Program-made: the position numbers and the translations under genes
Notes under the pieces: generated by a model
The model's input: the letters and a program-made list of their open reading frames with translations, nothing else
Told to the model about the DNA's origin: nothing
The model's database searches: none
From: a virus
Strand: one strand, 5' to 3'
IMG/VR virus record: IMGVR_UViG_3300045922_001038
Location: 7,639-71,638 of that record
DNA: 64,000 nucleotides
Shown: positions 1 through 10,542 of the stretch, piece by piece
How the letters are laid out: each line of letters opens with the position of its first letter
Numbering within the stretch: the stretch's first letter is position 1

Positions 1-3000
1 TATCGCTTTCCACGCGTCCAAATACAGTTTGGAGGACTTGACCGACTTGGGGTGGATGATCGCCTTGTTTGCCTTCGACGATTTCCTTTGGTCTTTGCTT
101 GCGTAAGGGTTCGGGTTGACCTTGGTAAGGTCAATCTCGTTCTTGTTGGACAAGTCCGGACCGGCAGGCTTCCATTTAGCCAGCCACTCAGGGTCAAGGC
201 TTACGTCCTGCTTGTGCGAAAGCCCGTCGTTGCGGAAGTCCTTTGGGTCGATGTCAAACCCTATGGAAGACACTGCCACCGCCGAATACCCCGGGGTACG
301 GAGGTCTATGCCTTTGCGCTGCACCAAAGACGACAGGAACGCCTCGGGACGGTCGCCAAAAGCCGGGAAATCAAAGAACGCCCCGCTGTACAACGATTCC
401 TCCACGGACCTGTCGATGGCTTTTTTCCTTAGCTCGCTCTCCAGGTAGTCCATCAACTTGTCTACGTCGATCCGGTCCCCTTCTTCTGTAAACAGTTCTT
501 TTTTAAGGACTTCCAAGTTGTCTTGGTACATACTAGCCAACAGCATGTGGTAAGCCTCTTGCAGCTCTTCCCCCTGCATCACGGTAGGTTTCCCGTTGAC
601 GTTCACTTTGTAATGCGCTTCCGCGTCCAAGTTCGCAATCGCCACCTTGCGGAGCTGCGCGGACAACTTGTTGGTTTCGTTCTCCACTTCGGACGGAACT
701 GTCATCTGCACCCCCCAGTACTTCATTGAGGTGGGGAAAGACCTTATGTTCCGTTGGTCTTCGGGGAGCAGCTTTCCCTCTTTGTCAAACAGCGTGGAGT
801 AAGTGCCCCACCCAAACTTGGCGGCGGAAGACGGCATGATTATGTCGACGGGCTTGTCCCCGTCCATCAAGTTGGCCAATTCGTTGCGGGTTTTGAACGA
901 ATGCAGCTGCGGCCAGATGATGCTCATCGACAGTTTTGCATTCCGGAGGTACGAGTCCTGCCTTGACGGGTTGTACTTTTGCTCTACGTAAAACGGTTTG
1001 ATGGGGGTAAAAAATCCAAGCTTGTTGAGTTGGTACAACTCTTTCGGGGTCAGCTCTTTGCCGTTGAACAATTTGTACACAGGATTGTTGGGACTGTCCC
1101 AAGACCTTTCCCACCTGCCTTGGTTGCGAAGGAACCGTTCCAAAAACCTCGGCGTAACCCATACCTGCGCGTCTGCCGCGTTGATGGTATCCCCCGGCTT
1201 GCCGAGCCCCTTTTCGATGGCATCCTTGGACATTTCAAGCTCTATGTCCTGTATCAGGATGGTGTTAACGGTATCGTGCTCGTTTATGCCTTTTTGCGTA
1301 GGGGATACAATCGTTTTCGCACGCTTGTTTTTGTCTATAAGGGATTTGTACTGACTGGTATGGCCTAGCGTGAGCGTGTCCAAAGTGCGGCGGTACACAA
1401 ATTGGTGGTACCTAAACTCCAAACGGATCAGCCTGTAAACCAAGCTTTTGGGTATCTGGTTATACTCAAACGTTGGAGTGTACAGCCCAAGCCGTTTGAA
1501 AAGCTCCTCCATGTCGTTCGTGTCCACGGAAGCCCCAGTCTCGACCAAAAACTCCTTGGCTGCGTTTTCAAACACTACGTCCCAGTTGACGTCTTCCCGG
1601 TAGGTCCCGTTTACAACCTCCAACTGCTGTATAGAAGGCAAATGCTCATAAGTAACAAACTTCAAATTGTTGCCGGCACGTACTTTGTTGTTGGCAACGT
1701 CTATCTTGAAATCGCGATGCTCGATCAGCAAATCGTCATCGCGGTTCATTTTTTGCCTATAAGCAATGTTTATACGTGCTATGTTGTCTAAAGCAGTTTT
1801 GATGTCCCCCGAAAACTCCCCGTAGTTTACGGTTCCCCCGGGCCCGGTTTCAAACAAATCGGGAATCACCAGCCCAACGTTTTTGGGGCTTCCCACGTGG
1901 AGCATTTTGTAAATGCGCAACTGCTGGCTGATCCGGGCTTTCTCGTACTGGAGGTCCTTTATGACCTCGTTTTTGAAAAGCTCGACACCGTCTTTCAGTT
2001 GGTCCTGCACCTCCTTGAGCAGCAGGTGTTTTTTGGTAGACAGTTCAGCGACGGAAACGATGCCATTCAGCCGGGGAACGTTAAACACCCAATAAGAAGG
2101 GCTGTCCGCATGCGCTTGAGTGGTGATGCGAACGCTGTTGTTTTTACCCCCACGGTAAAACAAGGTAATTTCGTACTTGTCGTATTCATCCTTGAACAAC
2201 AGCGAACTGATTTTGCGCCCAGTTGGACGCTTCCCAAAGGAAGGCCCAAGCTGTTTAATCCCGTCGATCGGGTTTAACGACACTTGGTTTTGCTCAAGCA
2301 GTTCATAGTTTACATACCAACTTCCATCGGGGCTGTACTTTACCAGCTGTTCAAAAAACGCGTCGTGGTAGTAAGGGGACGCTTTGTTGCCCGCACGGAC
2401 AGCCGCCACGTGCCTCGACGCCAACAAGCGTATGGCTTCCATTTTGCTGTCGTCGATTTTGTCGAACAACTTGGCAAGGTCGCTAAGGTAGTTTGAAACG
2501 GCAGCTGCATAGTACGGCTCCCCGTCCACGTTCTTTTCTTGGTTGCTCTTGAACAAGTTTGCAAACGGTATGAAAGGCTGTATGGCAGCCGGCAAACGTC
2601 CTGTCTGCTTTGTAAGCAACAACTTGATGTACAGCGCTTTGTCCTCACGGATTTGTTCCGGGGTCATGGTTGCATACGCTTCCCGGTAGGCGGCGTTGCG
2701 GCCAGAGTACCCTTTGGCCATGTAGAATTCTGTCGTGGTAAAGCTTAGCGTAGACCCCACAAACGTCTTTAAGTATTCAACGGCAGCTTCGCGTTTTTGC
2801 TCCTCCGTAATCGAAGGCATTTGGTTTTTACTGAAATGTAAATCCAAAGCCTTCCGAGTGAGGTTGTGGTAAACAAAATTGCCATTGTCGTCAACGCCTT
2901 GGATTTTCAAAGCCAACCCAGTTTCAGTGATAAACTTGGTGATGGCGTCCAGAAGCTTCTCGTATGGCAACTGGTATATAGCTGCATAGTTCAAGGGCTT

Positions 3001-6000
3001 GCGGATTCCCAAGATGTAATCTAGACCGAAGCTGTCTAAATTGCTTTGTATGGTGTTGTAAATGTATTGGACACTTTCATTTGAAAATTTGCTGCTTCCC
3101 GTGTAAATGCGCGAAGGCGATACAAACACTACGATCTTTTTCTGTAGTTGTTTGTCAAAGAAGTACACAAACTTGTCCCGTAGGATGGAGTTGTCGTCCA
3201 AAGTTGCGACCAACTCCAAAAACCCGGGCCGCACCTGCCCCAGCGCCTGCAATTGCCGGCGCATGTCATCCCACGTAACCAAACCGATCAACGTAGATTC
3301 CAGCGTGGCGTACGCATCCTCGAAATTCAGATAGGAAACGCTGTCTTTGGGGTAGTAGGTGGTTGGTACGTATACTGCGTCAGCCGGAGACAGCGAGCTA
3401 GTCAGCATCTTTTCAGGGAGCAGCTTGATTAACCGTTTGAGGTCTTTGCTCATCGACCTCGTCAAGGACAGCTTGTCAAACGCCCCGTCCCAATCTTTTT
3501 CCATTTCGTCGTCGTTCACCAAAAAGTCTTCCAGGTTTTCGACGTTAAACCGGGTAAGCACCTCTTGGAACGAGCGGTCGAACGGGTTCATGTACCCCAA
3601 GTTGCGGGCCCTGGTATAAGATCCCAACACAGCCTCCAACTGGGATGCCAAATCAGGGTTTGACCCTTTGACCTCTAAGTACTTTTTATACAGCGAATTC
3701 CAGACCAACGCCTGCACCACTTGCTCTATGTAGGGACGCGATGGGCCTTGCTCTTCGGTTTCAGCCTCCAGCTCTTGTTTTACCACCTCTTGCCACACTT
3801 CGCTGGCCTCTTCCACTGGCGCGTCTTCCCTTTCATCGTCGTCGGAAGTTTGGCTGTCCACAATTTCAGGGGAGGTGAGGTCTGAAAAGGGGGACGCCAA
3901 AAACTGCATCGTTTGGCCTATGTTGGATATTTCCAACGCAGGCTTGTTCAAAGCCAGCTGAGGGTCCTGCACGGACTCCCTGTTTTTCTGGTATTCCAAC
4001 AGCAGCTTACGCAGTTGGTTGTAAGCCGCCAGCCCGGCATCCGTAACGCTCCCTTCCCGGGCAGTGTTTATCAGGTGGGTGTAGTATACGATCTGGTCCG
4101 AAGTCTCCCGGATGAATTGGGTGTCTTGTTTGGGGGTCAACCCTTCGATTAGCTTGGGGGCGGACGAACTGGCGTGCTTTGCATAAAACGAGTCCATCCG
4201 ATCCGTTCGCTTCAAAGAAGGAACCGCGTTAGACAACCCACTAAACAACAATGGAATGGAATCATAGTCTGGGTTCAGCACTACGTCCCGTATCCAAGCG
4301 ATCAGCTTTTCGAAAAACCGCAACAATTGCTTGAACAAGCCTGCGCTTTGGCGCGTGGCTTCGTACTCCTCGAACAAGTCGGCCAAGTACTCTTCCACCT
4401 CTTGGTCCGTCGAATTGACCAAGTTGTATTGCTTGCGGGCTTGGGCAATCAACCGCTTGTAGGTAGCCTCGGGGAGGCTCATCCGCATGACCACGTGGAA
4501 CGCTTCGTGGTACGTGGTTTTGTCCGGGGCCCCTTTGTACACTTGGACCGCCCCGTCCTTGAACAACCCCCAAGCAGCTTGCCCACCGTACGAAAGCACG
4601 TTTTCGACCACCTCAAACGGCACGTTCGGGAACCGGTTGGTCCACCAACGGATTGCCCTTTTCCGGTTGATGGGCTTCATCGAATGGGTGGGCATCTCTT
4701 TCGTGCCTAGGCTGGGCTCGACGACTGGGCTCTGCGCCCCATCCGTTGCAGGCGACTGCACCTTAATTTCTTCCGTGGTTTGTCGTTGCGCTGCCGTTGG
4801 CGGCGGAGTGGGTTGCGCTGAAGTTTCGTAAACGGGCTTGAAGTTGGTGATGTGTATCCCAAAACTGATGGTATGAGTAACCGGCAATGTGCTGGCTTCC
4901 CCCACAAGCCGTTCAAGGGGAAAGTTTTGCGGAAGCTTGATCCCGCCTGTGATCGCTGAATAGTTCAACTCAGCCAACGCTTCCAAAGTCAGTGGCTTGC
5001 CTTGCAGGTCTTCGTATATGACCAATGTCTTCGAACCGTCCGGGGCGACTAGGTATGCGTAAGCCTCGTTTCTTATGCCGGACTTGGCACGCATCGCCCG
5101 AAACGTCGCGGACTTTACACCAAACAACAGGTTGGGGTCGCTTGCGTGCTGTACACGGCCACCGGTAGGCTCGATGTCGGAAGTCCCTACCAATGCCTTG
5201 TCGTCCGTAACGGGGACCACTTTGTAACCTAAGTCGTCTAAGTCGTAGGCCAAAAGCAGCTGGCGTATCGTAATGGGCTGGTCTATGGGACCGCCAACCA
5301 ACGAAACAGGCAACAGTACGTCGCTGTGGGTCAATTTGCGGGTCAGCTTGGCTACGCCGGGCTTAAAATGCTTTCCGATTTCCGAATGCTGGGGGGTTCC
5401 CACTTTGTACACCAAGACCTGTTTCTTGTTCTTGTGGGACCAGCTCACTAGAAAATCACCGTTTTCGTCTTTGGTGATGGTTACCGTTTTTCCAGGGGTA
5501 AGCGTCTGAAGTTTTCGCAGCGTGCTTACGATTTCCTGGGTAAGTTTTGTAACCGCCAACGTAGGATACACTTGGTTGAAGTTGGTATCGTTGTTGGTGA
5601 AATGCCAGGACGGAATCGATATAGGCACAAACGGGACGGTGGTTTCCGTCGACGGCTGTTGTTGGGTATGCGACTCAGGCGTAGTTGGTGCCACCTGCGG
5701 GGGCAATGCAGGCTTGGGATCTTCAACCGGTTGTGTTTGAACAACATCCGTTGGTACAGGTTCGTTTTCTATGGCCTCTTCGTCAAGGGCCACACTTTCC
5801 ACCGGGGCTTCTGCCTCAACCGAGGGGTTGCTTTCTGCCTGACCAAGGGTAGATTGGGCTTGCGCTTCGGCGAATTGGGACGCTTGTGCAGTCTCGTCCA
5901 AAGGAGGAACTGCAGATTGTGCTTGTTCTTGTGCTTGGGCCTGTTGTTGTGCTTTTTGCTCCTTTATTTTTTGATCGACTTCTTTTTTGGTATCGTTAAT

Positions 6001-8481
6001 GAAATCCAAAAAGTTTCGAGGAGTTAAGTTGCGTATGGCGTCGTTTAATGATTCGAGAATGGTTTTAGTGTGGAACTGAGTGGCAAGAGCGATTACAAAA
6101 TCGCTTCTGTTTCCTTGCAATATACCGTCCACAAATTGGTCCAACACCCGTTGTTTAGCTTTGGCTTTTTCCAAAGCCTCCACTTTTGCAGCTAAGTGTT
6201 CTTTTACTTGGTCTCTAGGAGGTTTGCTTTCGTATTCATTTAGATCGTTTTCTAATTTTTGTATGTTTTGTTTGGCTTCTTTAACGGCTTCTTCAAGCGA
6301 AGCTAATTGTTTTGTGAGAGCTTCAACCTGAGCTTTGTAATGTGGGGTTACATATTTGTCTTGGAATTTACGGGACAATTCATGTTGCGTATCGTTTGGA
6401 GCTTCAAGAGCAGTTAAGTCATCTAACAATAACTGCTGTGCAAAGCTTTTTGCAAATAACTGAACTTCAGGGCTATCTAAAACCTCGCTTGGTATGCTAC
6501 TGTCTTGACGTGCTTTTTCAAGCAACTTTTGGTTGCGGTCTAAATACATCTGCATAGCCGAACGTTTAGTATGCAGGTTATATTTAGTGCTTATGTAAGC
6601 CGTCCGCAATTCAGGGTTTGGAATCCGATTACCCTCAAGCTTGGCTTCTCGCGTTATTTTTTCAGCGGTGTTTATTTCCCTGGTTAAGTGAGTGCGTAGT
6701 TTTTTAAGTTCGTCTTCAATGATAGAAAGCAGTTTTGGTGCAGTTGTGTTTGGGGAAACAGGGGTGTTTGTGGAAGTGGGAGTGGGAGTATTTAGAAAGG
6801 TCGAAATAGTTGGTGAAACCGGCGGTGTCGAAGTACTTGGGGAAACTTGAGTATTCAGTGAAACTGGTGTGTTTTCACTAGGCGCGGTACCCGATTGTTG
6901 CGCCAGTATCAACCTAGAAACGTTGTCAAAATCAGACGACGCGATAAAACGTTTGATAAATGGCAGGTTGTTGTTTTCAATCGCCAACCCAGCAATTGCA
7001 TACGAGTGGGTCGCTTTTAACGTGTCCAACGCCAAATCGCGTTGTTCAGTTGACAGGTTTGGATTGTTGACGATGTCATTTACATCTTTCCAGTATTGCT
7101 CCGTCAATTCTTGCTGCTTTTTTAGCCGGGTCAAATAACTACGGGTCGCTTCTTCCCTCTGGTCGGCTTCTTGCTGAAAACGGGCTGGATGTGATACTGC
7201 ATCCCGTATGGCAGGCGCTCCAAAAGCGATGCCTCCCAACAGCCCGCCGACAAACGATTCAACCGACGATTCCCCGCCAAAGTTGTCGAAAAACGAAGCG
7301 TCGCTTTTCCCTTTTGTGGCCAGTTGGTAGGCGTGCAACGCCCCTGTCTGCTGGGCGGCGTTGTTGACCAACTCTTCGATGCCTTCGCTGAATGGGCCCA
7401 GCGTTGCCTCGCGTATCGAGGTAAGCCGCATGGATTTCGCCAGTTGCTTGCGCGCGTCTGACAAGGAACCTGCAAAAAGGTGGTCGCTTACGTCTTGGCC
7501 GGTCCTGAACCGTTTATGGGCAGCGTCCACTACGTCGTCCAGCAACCCGTCCCCCGTACGGCCAAAACGGCGGACCAAGGTCCCCATCTGGAGTATGTCG
7601 AACAACAGGTTCGAATAGTTCAGCTGGTATGCCTTGACAGCCCCTTCGCCTGCGAGGTATTCTACCAAAGCTTCGTCCGTTACGGGGATACCGTCCGCTA
7701 TGAGCTCTTGCCCAATGCGTTGGCGAGCTTCAGGGGAGATCAAGGAAGGATTTGCAGTGAGCTGCTTTTTGATGTCTTGGTACAAATTGGAAGCTTCCAT
7801 GTAGGCTTCCATATGGCGCATGGCAATGCCGGACGTGGTTTGCTGTCCAACCAGCTGTACAACCGGGTTTGTAGCCACCCGCCCAAGCACCTGACCGACT
7901 TGCGTAAGCTGCCGCGCACGTGCAATTGCGGTAACGCCAGCCCCAAGCAACCCAATGCCTTTGGCCACGGCCGTGCCCGGCACCAAAAACCCCAAGCCAG
8001 AACCAACGGCAGACGGGGCAATGCGGAACAAGTCGGTGGCTTCGAATTGATAGGGGTCAATGTCATAAATCGGGTTGGTTTGGCGGTCGATTTCCGCCAA
8101 GGACCTGCTGGTACGGCTAAAAATGTCATTCCCCGCAACTACCGGTTCGGAGTCGAACAACGAATAGACCGGCCCAGCCACGGCGCCTACGCTTCCGTAT
8201 ATCGTTGACGCAAAAGTATTTGCAGTTTTTACCAAACCCCTTCCAAGCGTTTCCAGCAACCCCTGTGCCTTGTACCTTTCCCTGTAAGCCTGCTCAGGGG
8301 ACGTAAAAACTGGGTATTCATATCGTTCATTTGGCATCTGGCGGTACGAAACATCCCCCGGAAGTGTCGTCGACTGCGTCGTGATGTCAAACCAAGCGGG
8401 AGGCGTATTGGCTCCTTGACGGGGAGGCTTCAATACATCGATAGGGGAAGGCGGCGTTTGGTTTTGGTTGATCGGTAGCAT
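1..8481 (-). CDS. Giant virion-packaged RNA polymerase/zincin polyprotein (crAss-like cargo), 3' end outside window, at least 2827 aa
   Basis: ATG at 8481 (MLPINQNQ...). The frame was open in the stretches translated by hand and runs off the window start, consistent with its absence from the ORF track. Contains zincin motif TTYHEAFH...EEYLAD (~4370-4515) and crAss RNAP-like motifs GHTSQYK..DKNKR (~1320-1365), INAADAQVW (~1160-1185), PSSAAKFG (~815-835), PGYSAVAVS (~270-295). Follows the cargo and muzzle genes. Confidence 0.85.
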   Translation of the reverse strand, partial: MLPINQNQTPPSPIDVLKPPRQGANTPPAWFDITTQSTTLPGDVSYRQMPNERYEYPVFTSPEQAYRERYKAQGLLETLGRGLVKTANTFASTIYGSVGAVAGPVYSLFDSEPVVAGNDIFSRTSRSLAEIDRQTNPIYDIDPYQFEATDLFRIAPSAVGSGLGFLVPGTAVAKGIGLLGAGVTAIARARQLTQVGQVLGRVATNPVVQLVGQQTTSGIAMRHMEAYMEASNLYQDIKKQLTANPSLISPEARQRIGQELIADGIPVTDEALVEYLAGEGAVKAYQLNYSNLLFDILQMGTLVRRFGRTGDGLLDDVVDAAHKRFRTGQDVSDHLFAGSLSDARKQLAKSMRLTSIREATLGPFSEGIEELVNNAAQQTGALHAYQLATKGKSDASFFDNFGGESSVESFVGGLLGGIAFGAPAIRDAVSHPARFQQEADQREEATRSYLTRLKKQQELTEQYWKDVNDIVNNPNLSTEQRDLALDTLKATHSYAIAGLAIENNNLPFIKRFIASSDFDNVSRLILAQQSGTAPSENTPVSLNTQVSPSTSTPPVSPTISTFLNTPTPTSTNTPVSPNTTAPKLLSIIEDELKKLRTHLTREINTAEKITREAKLEGNRIPNPELRTAYISTKYNLHTKRSAMQMYLDRNQKLLEKARQDSSIPSEVLDSPEVQLFAKSFAQQLLLDDLTALEAPNDTQHELSRKFQDKYVTPHYKAQVEALTKQLASLEEAVKEAKQNIQKLENDLNEYESKPPRDQVKEHLAAKVEALEKAKAKQRVLDQFVDGILQGNRSDFVIALATQFHTKTILESLNDAIRNLTPRNFLDFINDTKKEVDQKIKEQKAQQQAQAQEQAQSAVPPLDETAQASQFAEAQAQSTLGQAESNPSVEAEAPVESVALDEEAIENEPVPTDVVQTQPVEDPKPALPPQVAPTTPESHTQQQPSTETTVPFVPISIPSWHFTNNDTNFNQVYPTLAVTKLTQEIVSTLRKLQTLTPGKTVTITKDENGDFLVSWSHKNKKQVLVYKVGTPQHSEIGKHFKPGVAKLTRKLTHSDVLLPVSLVGGPIDQPITIRQLLLAYDLDDLGYKVVPVTDDKALVGTSDIEPTGGRVQHASDPNLLFGVKSATFRAMRAKSGIRNEAYAYLVAPDGSKTLVIYEDLQGKPLTLEALAELNYSAITGGIKLPQNFPLERLVGEASTLPVTHTISFGIHITNFKPVYETSAQPTPPPTAAQRQTTEEIKVQSPATDGAQSPVVEPSLGTKEMPTHSMKPINRKRAIRWWTNRFPNVPFEVVENVLSYGGQAAWGLFKDGAVQVYKGAPDKTTYHEAFHVVMRMSLPEATYKRLIAQARKQYNLVNSTDQEVEEYLADLFEEYEATRQSAGLFKQLLRFFEKLIAWIRDVVLNPDYDSIPLLFSGLSNAVPSLKRTDRMDSFYAKHASSSAPKLIEGLTPKQDTQFIRETSDQIVYYTHLINTAREGSVTDAGLAAYNQLRKLLLEYQKNRESVQDPQLALNKPALEISNIGQTMQFLASPFSDLTSPEIVDSQTSDDDEREDAPVEEASEVWQEVVKQELEAETEEQGPSRPYIEQVVQALVWNSLYKKYLEVKGSNPDLASQLEAVLGSYTRARNLGYMNPFDRSFQEVLTRFNVENLEDFLVNDDEMEKDWDGAFDKLSLTRSMSKDLKRLIKLLPEKMLTSSLSPADAVYVPTTYYPKDSVSYLNFEDAYATLESTLIGLVTWDDMRRQLQALGQVRPGFLELVATLDDNSILRDKFVYFFDKQLQKKIVVFVSPSRIYTGSSKFSNESVQYIYNTIQSNLDSFGLDYILGIRKPLNYAAIYQLPYEKLLDAITKFITETGLALKIQGVDDNGNFVYHNLTRKALDLHFSKNQMPSITEEQKREAAVEYLKTFVGSTLSFTTTEFYMAKGYSGRNAAYREAYATMTPEQIREDKALYIKLLLTKQTGRLPAAIQPFIPFANLFKSNQEKNVDGEPYYAAAVSNYLSDLAKLFDKIDDSKMEAIRLLASRHVAAVRAGNKASPYYHDAFFEQLVKYSPDGSWYVNYELLEQNQVSLNPIDGIKQLGPSFGKRPTGRKISSLLFKDEYDKYEITLFYRGGKNNSVRITTQAHADSPSYWVFNVPRLNGIVSVAELSTKKHLLLKEVQDQLKDGVELFKNEVIKDLQYEKARISQQLRIYKMLHVGSPKNVGLVIPDLFETGPGGTVNYGEFSGDIKTALDNIARINIAYRQKMNRDDDLLIEHRDFKIDVANNKVRAGNNLKFVTYEHLPSIQQLEVVNGTYREDVNWDVVFENAAKEFLVETGASVDTNDMEELFKRLGLYTPTFEYNQIPKSLVYRLIRLEFRYHQFVYRRTLDTLTLGHTSQYKSLIDKNKRAKTIVSPTQKGINEHDTVNTILIQDIELEMSKDAIEKGLGKPGDTINAADAQVWVTPRFLERFLRNQGRWERSWDSPNNPVYKLFNGKELTPKELYQLNKLGFFTPIKPFYVEQKYNPSRQDSYLRNAKLSMSIIWPQLHSFKTRNELANLMDGDKPVDIIMPSSAAKFGWGTYSTLFDKEGKLLPEDQRNIRSFPTSMKYWGVQMTVPSEVENETNKLSAQLRKVAIANLDAEAHYKVNVNGKPTVMQGEELQEAYHMLLASMYQDNLEVLKKELFTEEGDRIDVDKLMDYLESELRKKAIDRSVEESLYSGAFFDFPAFGDRPEAFLSSLVQRKGIDLRTPGYSAVAVSSIGFDIDPKDFRNDGLSHKQDVSLDPEWLAKWKPAGPDLSNKNEIDLTKVNPNPYASKDQRKSSKANKAIIHPKSVKSSKLYLDAWKAI

Positions 8482-8487
8482 GAAGTT

Positions 8488-10542
8488 TTAACGGGGTAAG
8501 AACGATTGGTAAAACTCCAGTTCGTTTTGGTACACTACGGGTTGGCCATTTGTAGGGGTTACGACTATCCGTTGGCCTTCCGGGGTGGTGGTTGTTTCGA
8601 TGGTGCCCAGGTTGCCAATCGGCACGCGCATGTGTTTTGCCATTTCCATGGTCAACGCAAACTCCTCAGGATCCATTCCAAAAGCCTGCGAGGCTTGCTC
8701 GGTCACTACGTACCGCAACGTGTTCATGTACTCTGGGGTAGTGTCTACGTTAGGCAGTATGCCAATCGCTATCTGCTGGTTGAACTGCGCACGCTGGACA
8801 GGATCCAAGACTTGCCCGCGTACCTTGAGCGCCGGGTTGTTGCCGTTTGAAGGCAAGGTTTGTGTAATGTACGGCCTGCCGCCGTCCAACATCAATTGGT
8901 AATCTTGGTAACGTCCAGACTGCTGGTTTCGCTGGTACATTTTGGCAAGGTTCAACTGTGCCACTTGGTTTTCCGTCATAGGTTTCCAAGTGTTTGAACT
9001 GGCGTCGAAGTACTCCAAGTTGGCATAGTTTTCCGGCGACAGCGTAACCGAGGCTTGTTGCGCCACAACCCTGTATTGGGGAGAGGATGGGTTTACCGCA
9101 AGCGAGTAAGTGGATTGGTTCCGGCGTCCTAAGTCATTGACCATTCCATCCATGTAAGTGGTGATTGGGCCCAACGCGTCTTTCAACTCGTCTTCTTGAT
9201 ACAGGAGGAGAGCCCCCAATAACGGATTCATGAACGGCATCGTGTTTCTTCCAAGGCGTTCTGCAAAGCTGCGGTTCCGATGGGCTGACGTACCTCCCCA
9301 CAATCCAGCTACAACCGCTGGATCGTTTGCCATTTGGTTTGCACGTTCTTCCGAATACCCTAAAGCCTGTAATGCCTCAGATAACTTGGTTTTGTCCACC
9401 GCATTAAAAGCTTGCAAATACCCGGGACTTTGTAGTATGGAAAAGTACAAATTACGTTGCTGTGGGGTGCCTTCCCGGGTTCCAGTCAAATAGTCGATGA
9501 ATTTGCTGGCAAACGCGGCGTTTTCACGGGACGAATCCGTTGCCACTATCCCGGCGCGTTGTTGCTCTTGGCTTCCGCCCCAATGTTCGGGCGCAAACGA
9601 CACCGTCTGGTCTCTTTCTTGGCGGTTGAACAAACGTTCTTCGGCGGTGCCAACCAGCGAATCGTACACGTTTTGGAGCACGTATTTCTGGAGGTCTTCA
9701 CCCGACAGCCCGGCACGCCTTCCTTGCGTCGTGTAGACTCCCGCTTCTTGCCTGCCTTCCGCCGTTGTCAGGTAATCCCTCAACGCGGACGACTGCATCA
9801 TGGACTGTGTGGTAGGCCGGCCCGATGCGTCGCGCGTAATGCCCAGCAGACTGTCGATCACTTGGCGGTTGCTTTCCACGGAACCGGTGGAATGGTACAC
9901 ACGCCCGTCTTGGGTGATGGTAACGTACCCGTTTTCCGTTCTCGACGCATGGGTATTGTCGAAAAACCCTTCCCTGCGTTTCCGCCAATCCAACAGCTCT
10001 TCCATGCCGCTGAAACTGCGCGCTTCAAGCCGGTTGTCCCAGTTGTCGACGTCGTTTTGCTGGTTTACCCATTGCATTTCGCTGGCGACATTGGGCAGGT
10101 CTTGGTGGAGTAACCCCTTGTTTTGGAGCTCTTGTAGCCGTTTTTGGTATTCCTTGTAGTATTCTAACCTGGTTTTCAAAGCTTTGATCCTTGGGTCATG
10201 GCCCAACTGGTTTGCCATGTTTTCAATCGCCCCCAAATAACGCCGGTCTGCGTAGCCGCGCTCGAAAGTCCCCGACAGTTCGTCCACCCTCCCTTGCAGC
10301 TCTTGCACGATTTGTTCCTGCACTTGCCGGTCGCGGGCCCAAGGGGCAACGTCGATGGCACGCACAAGGCCTGCCATCTTTTCCGTCTTTGCCCGGTTTT
10401 CGTCCGCGCGCTTTTGCACGGCTTCCGCCACCGCCCCGATCTGGTCCACTGGGACCCCTACGTACGGGACGGGCACAAACTGTTGTACGTAAGGGGACAG
10501 CCTTACGGGTTGGGCAGGGACTTCGTACCGGTTTATGGCCAT
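8488..10542 (-). CDS. Virion cargo (ejected) protein, crAss-like
   Basis: 684-aa ORF with N-terminal PYVQQFVPVP motif then coiled-coil; lies between cargo protein 1 and the RNAP gene. Confidence 0.65.
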   Translation of the reverse strand: MAINRYEVPAQPVRLSPYVQQFVPVPYVGVPVDQIGAVAEAVQKRADENRAKTEKMAGLVRAIDVAPWARDRQVQEQIVQELQGRVDELSGTFERGYADRRYLGAIENMANQLGHDPRIKALKTRLEYYKEYQKRLQELQNKGLLHQDLPNVASEMQWVNQQNDVDNWDNRLEARSFSGMEELLDWRKRREGFFDNTHASRTENGYVTITQDGRVYHSTGSVESNRQVIDSLLGITRDASGRPTTQSMMQSSALRDYLTTAEGRQEAGVYTTQGRRAGLSGEDLQKYVLQNVYDSLVGTAEERLFNRQERDQTVSFAPEHWGGSQEQQRAGIVATDSSRENAAFASKFIDYLTGTREGTPQQRNLYFSILQSPGYLQAFNAVDKTKLSEALQALGYSEERANQMANDPAVVAGLWGGTSAHRNRSFAERLGRNTMPFMNPLLGALLLYQEDELKDALGPITTYMDGMVNDLGRRNQSTYSLAVNPSSPQYRVVAQQASVTLSPENYANLEYFDASSNTWKPMTENQVAQLNLAKMYQRNQQSGRYQDYQLMLDGGRPYITQTLPSNGNNPALKVRGQVLDPVQRAQFNQQIAIGILPNVDTTPEYMNTLRYVVTEQASQAFGMDPEEFALTMEMAKHMRVPIGNLGTIETTTTPEGQRIVVTPTNGQPVVYQNELEFYQSFLPR

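Noticed and set aside
452-480. GDRIDVDKL in the giant ORF as the RNAP catalytic DxDxD loop
   Set aside because: Spacing is D-R-I-D-V-D within a helical context, not the DFDxD motif; the true site is expected further downstream, outside the window.
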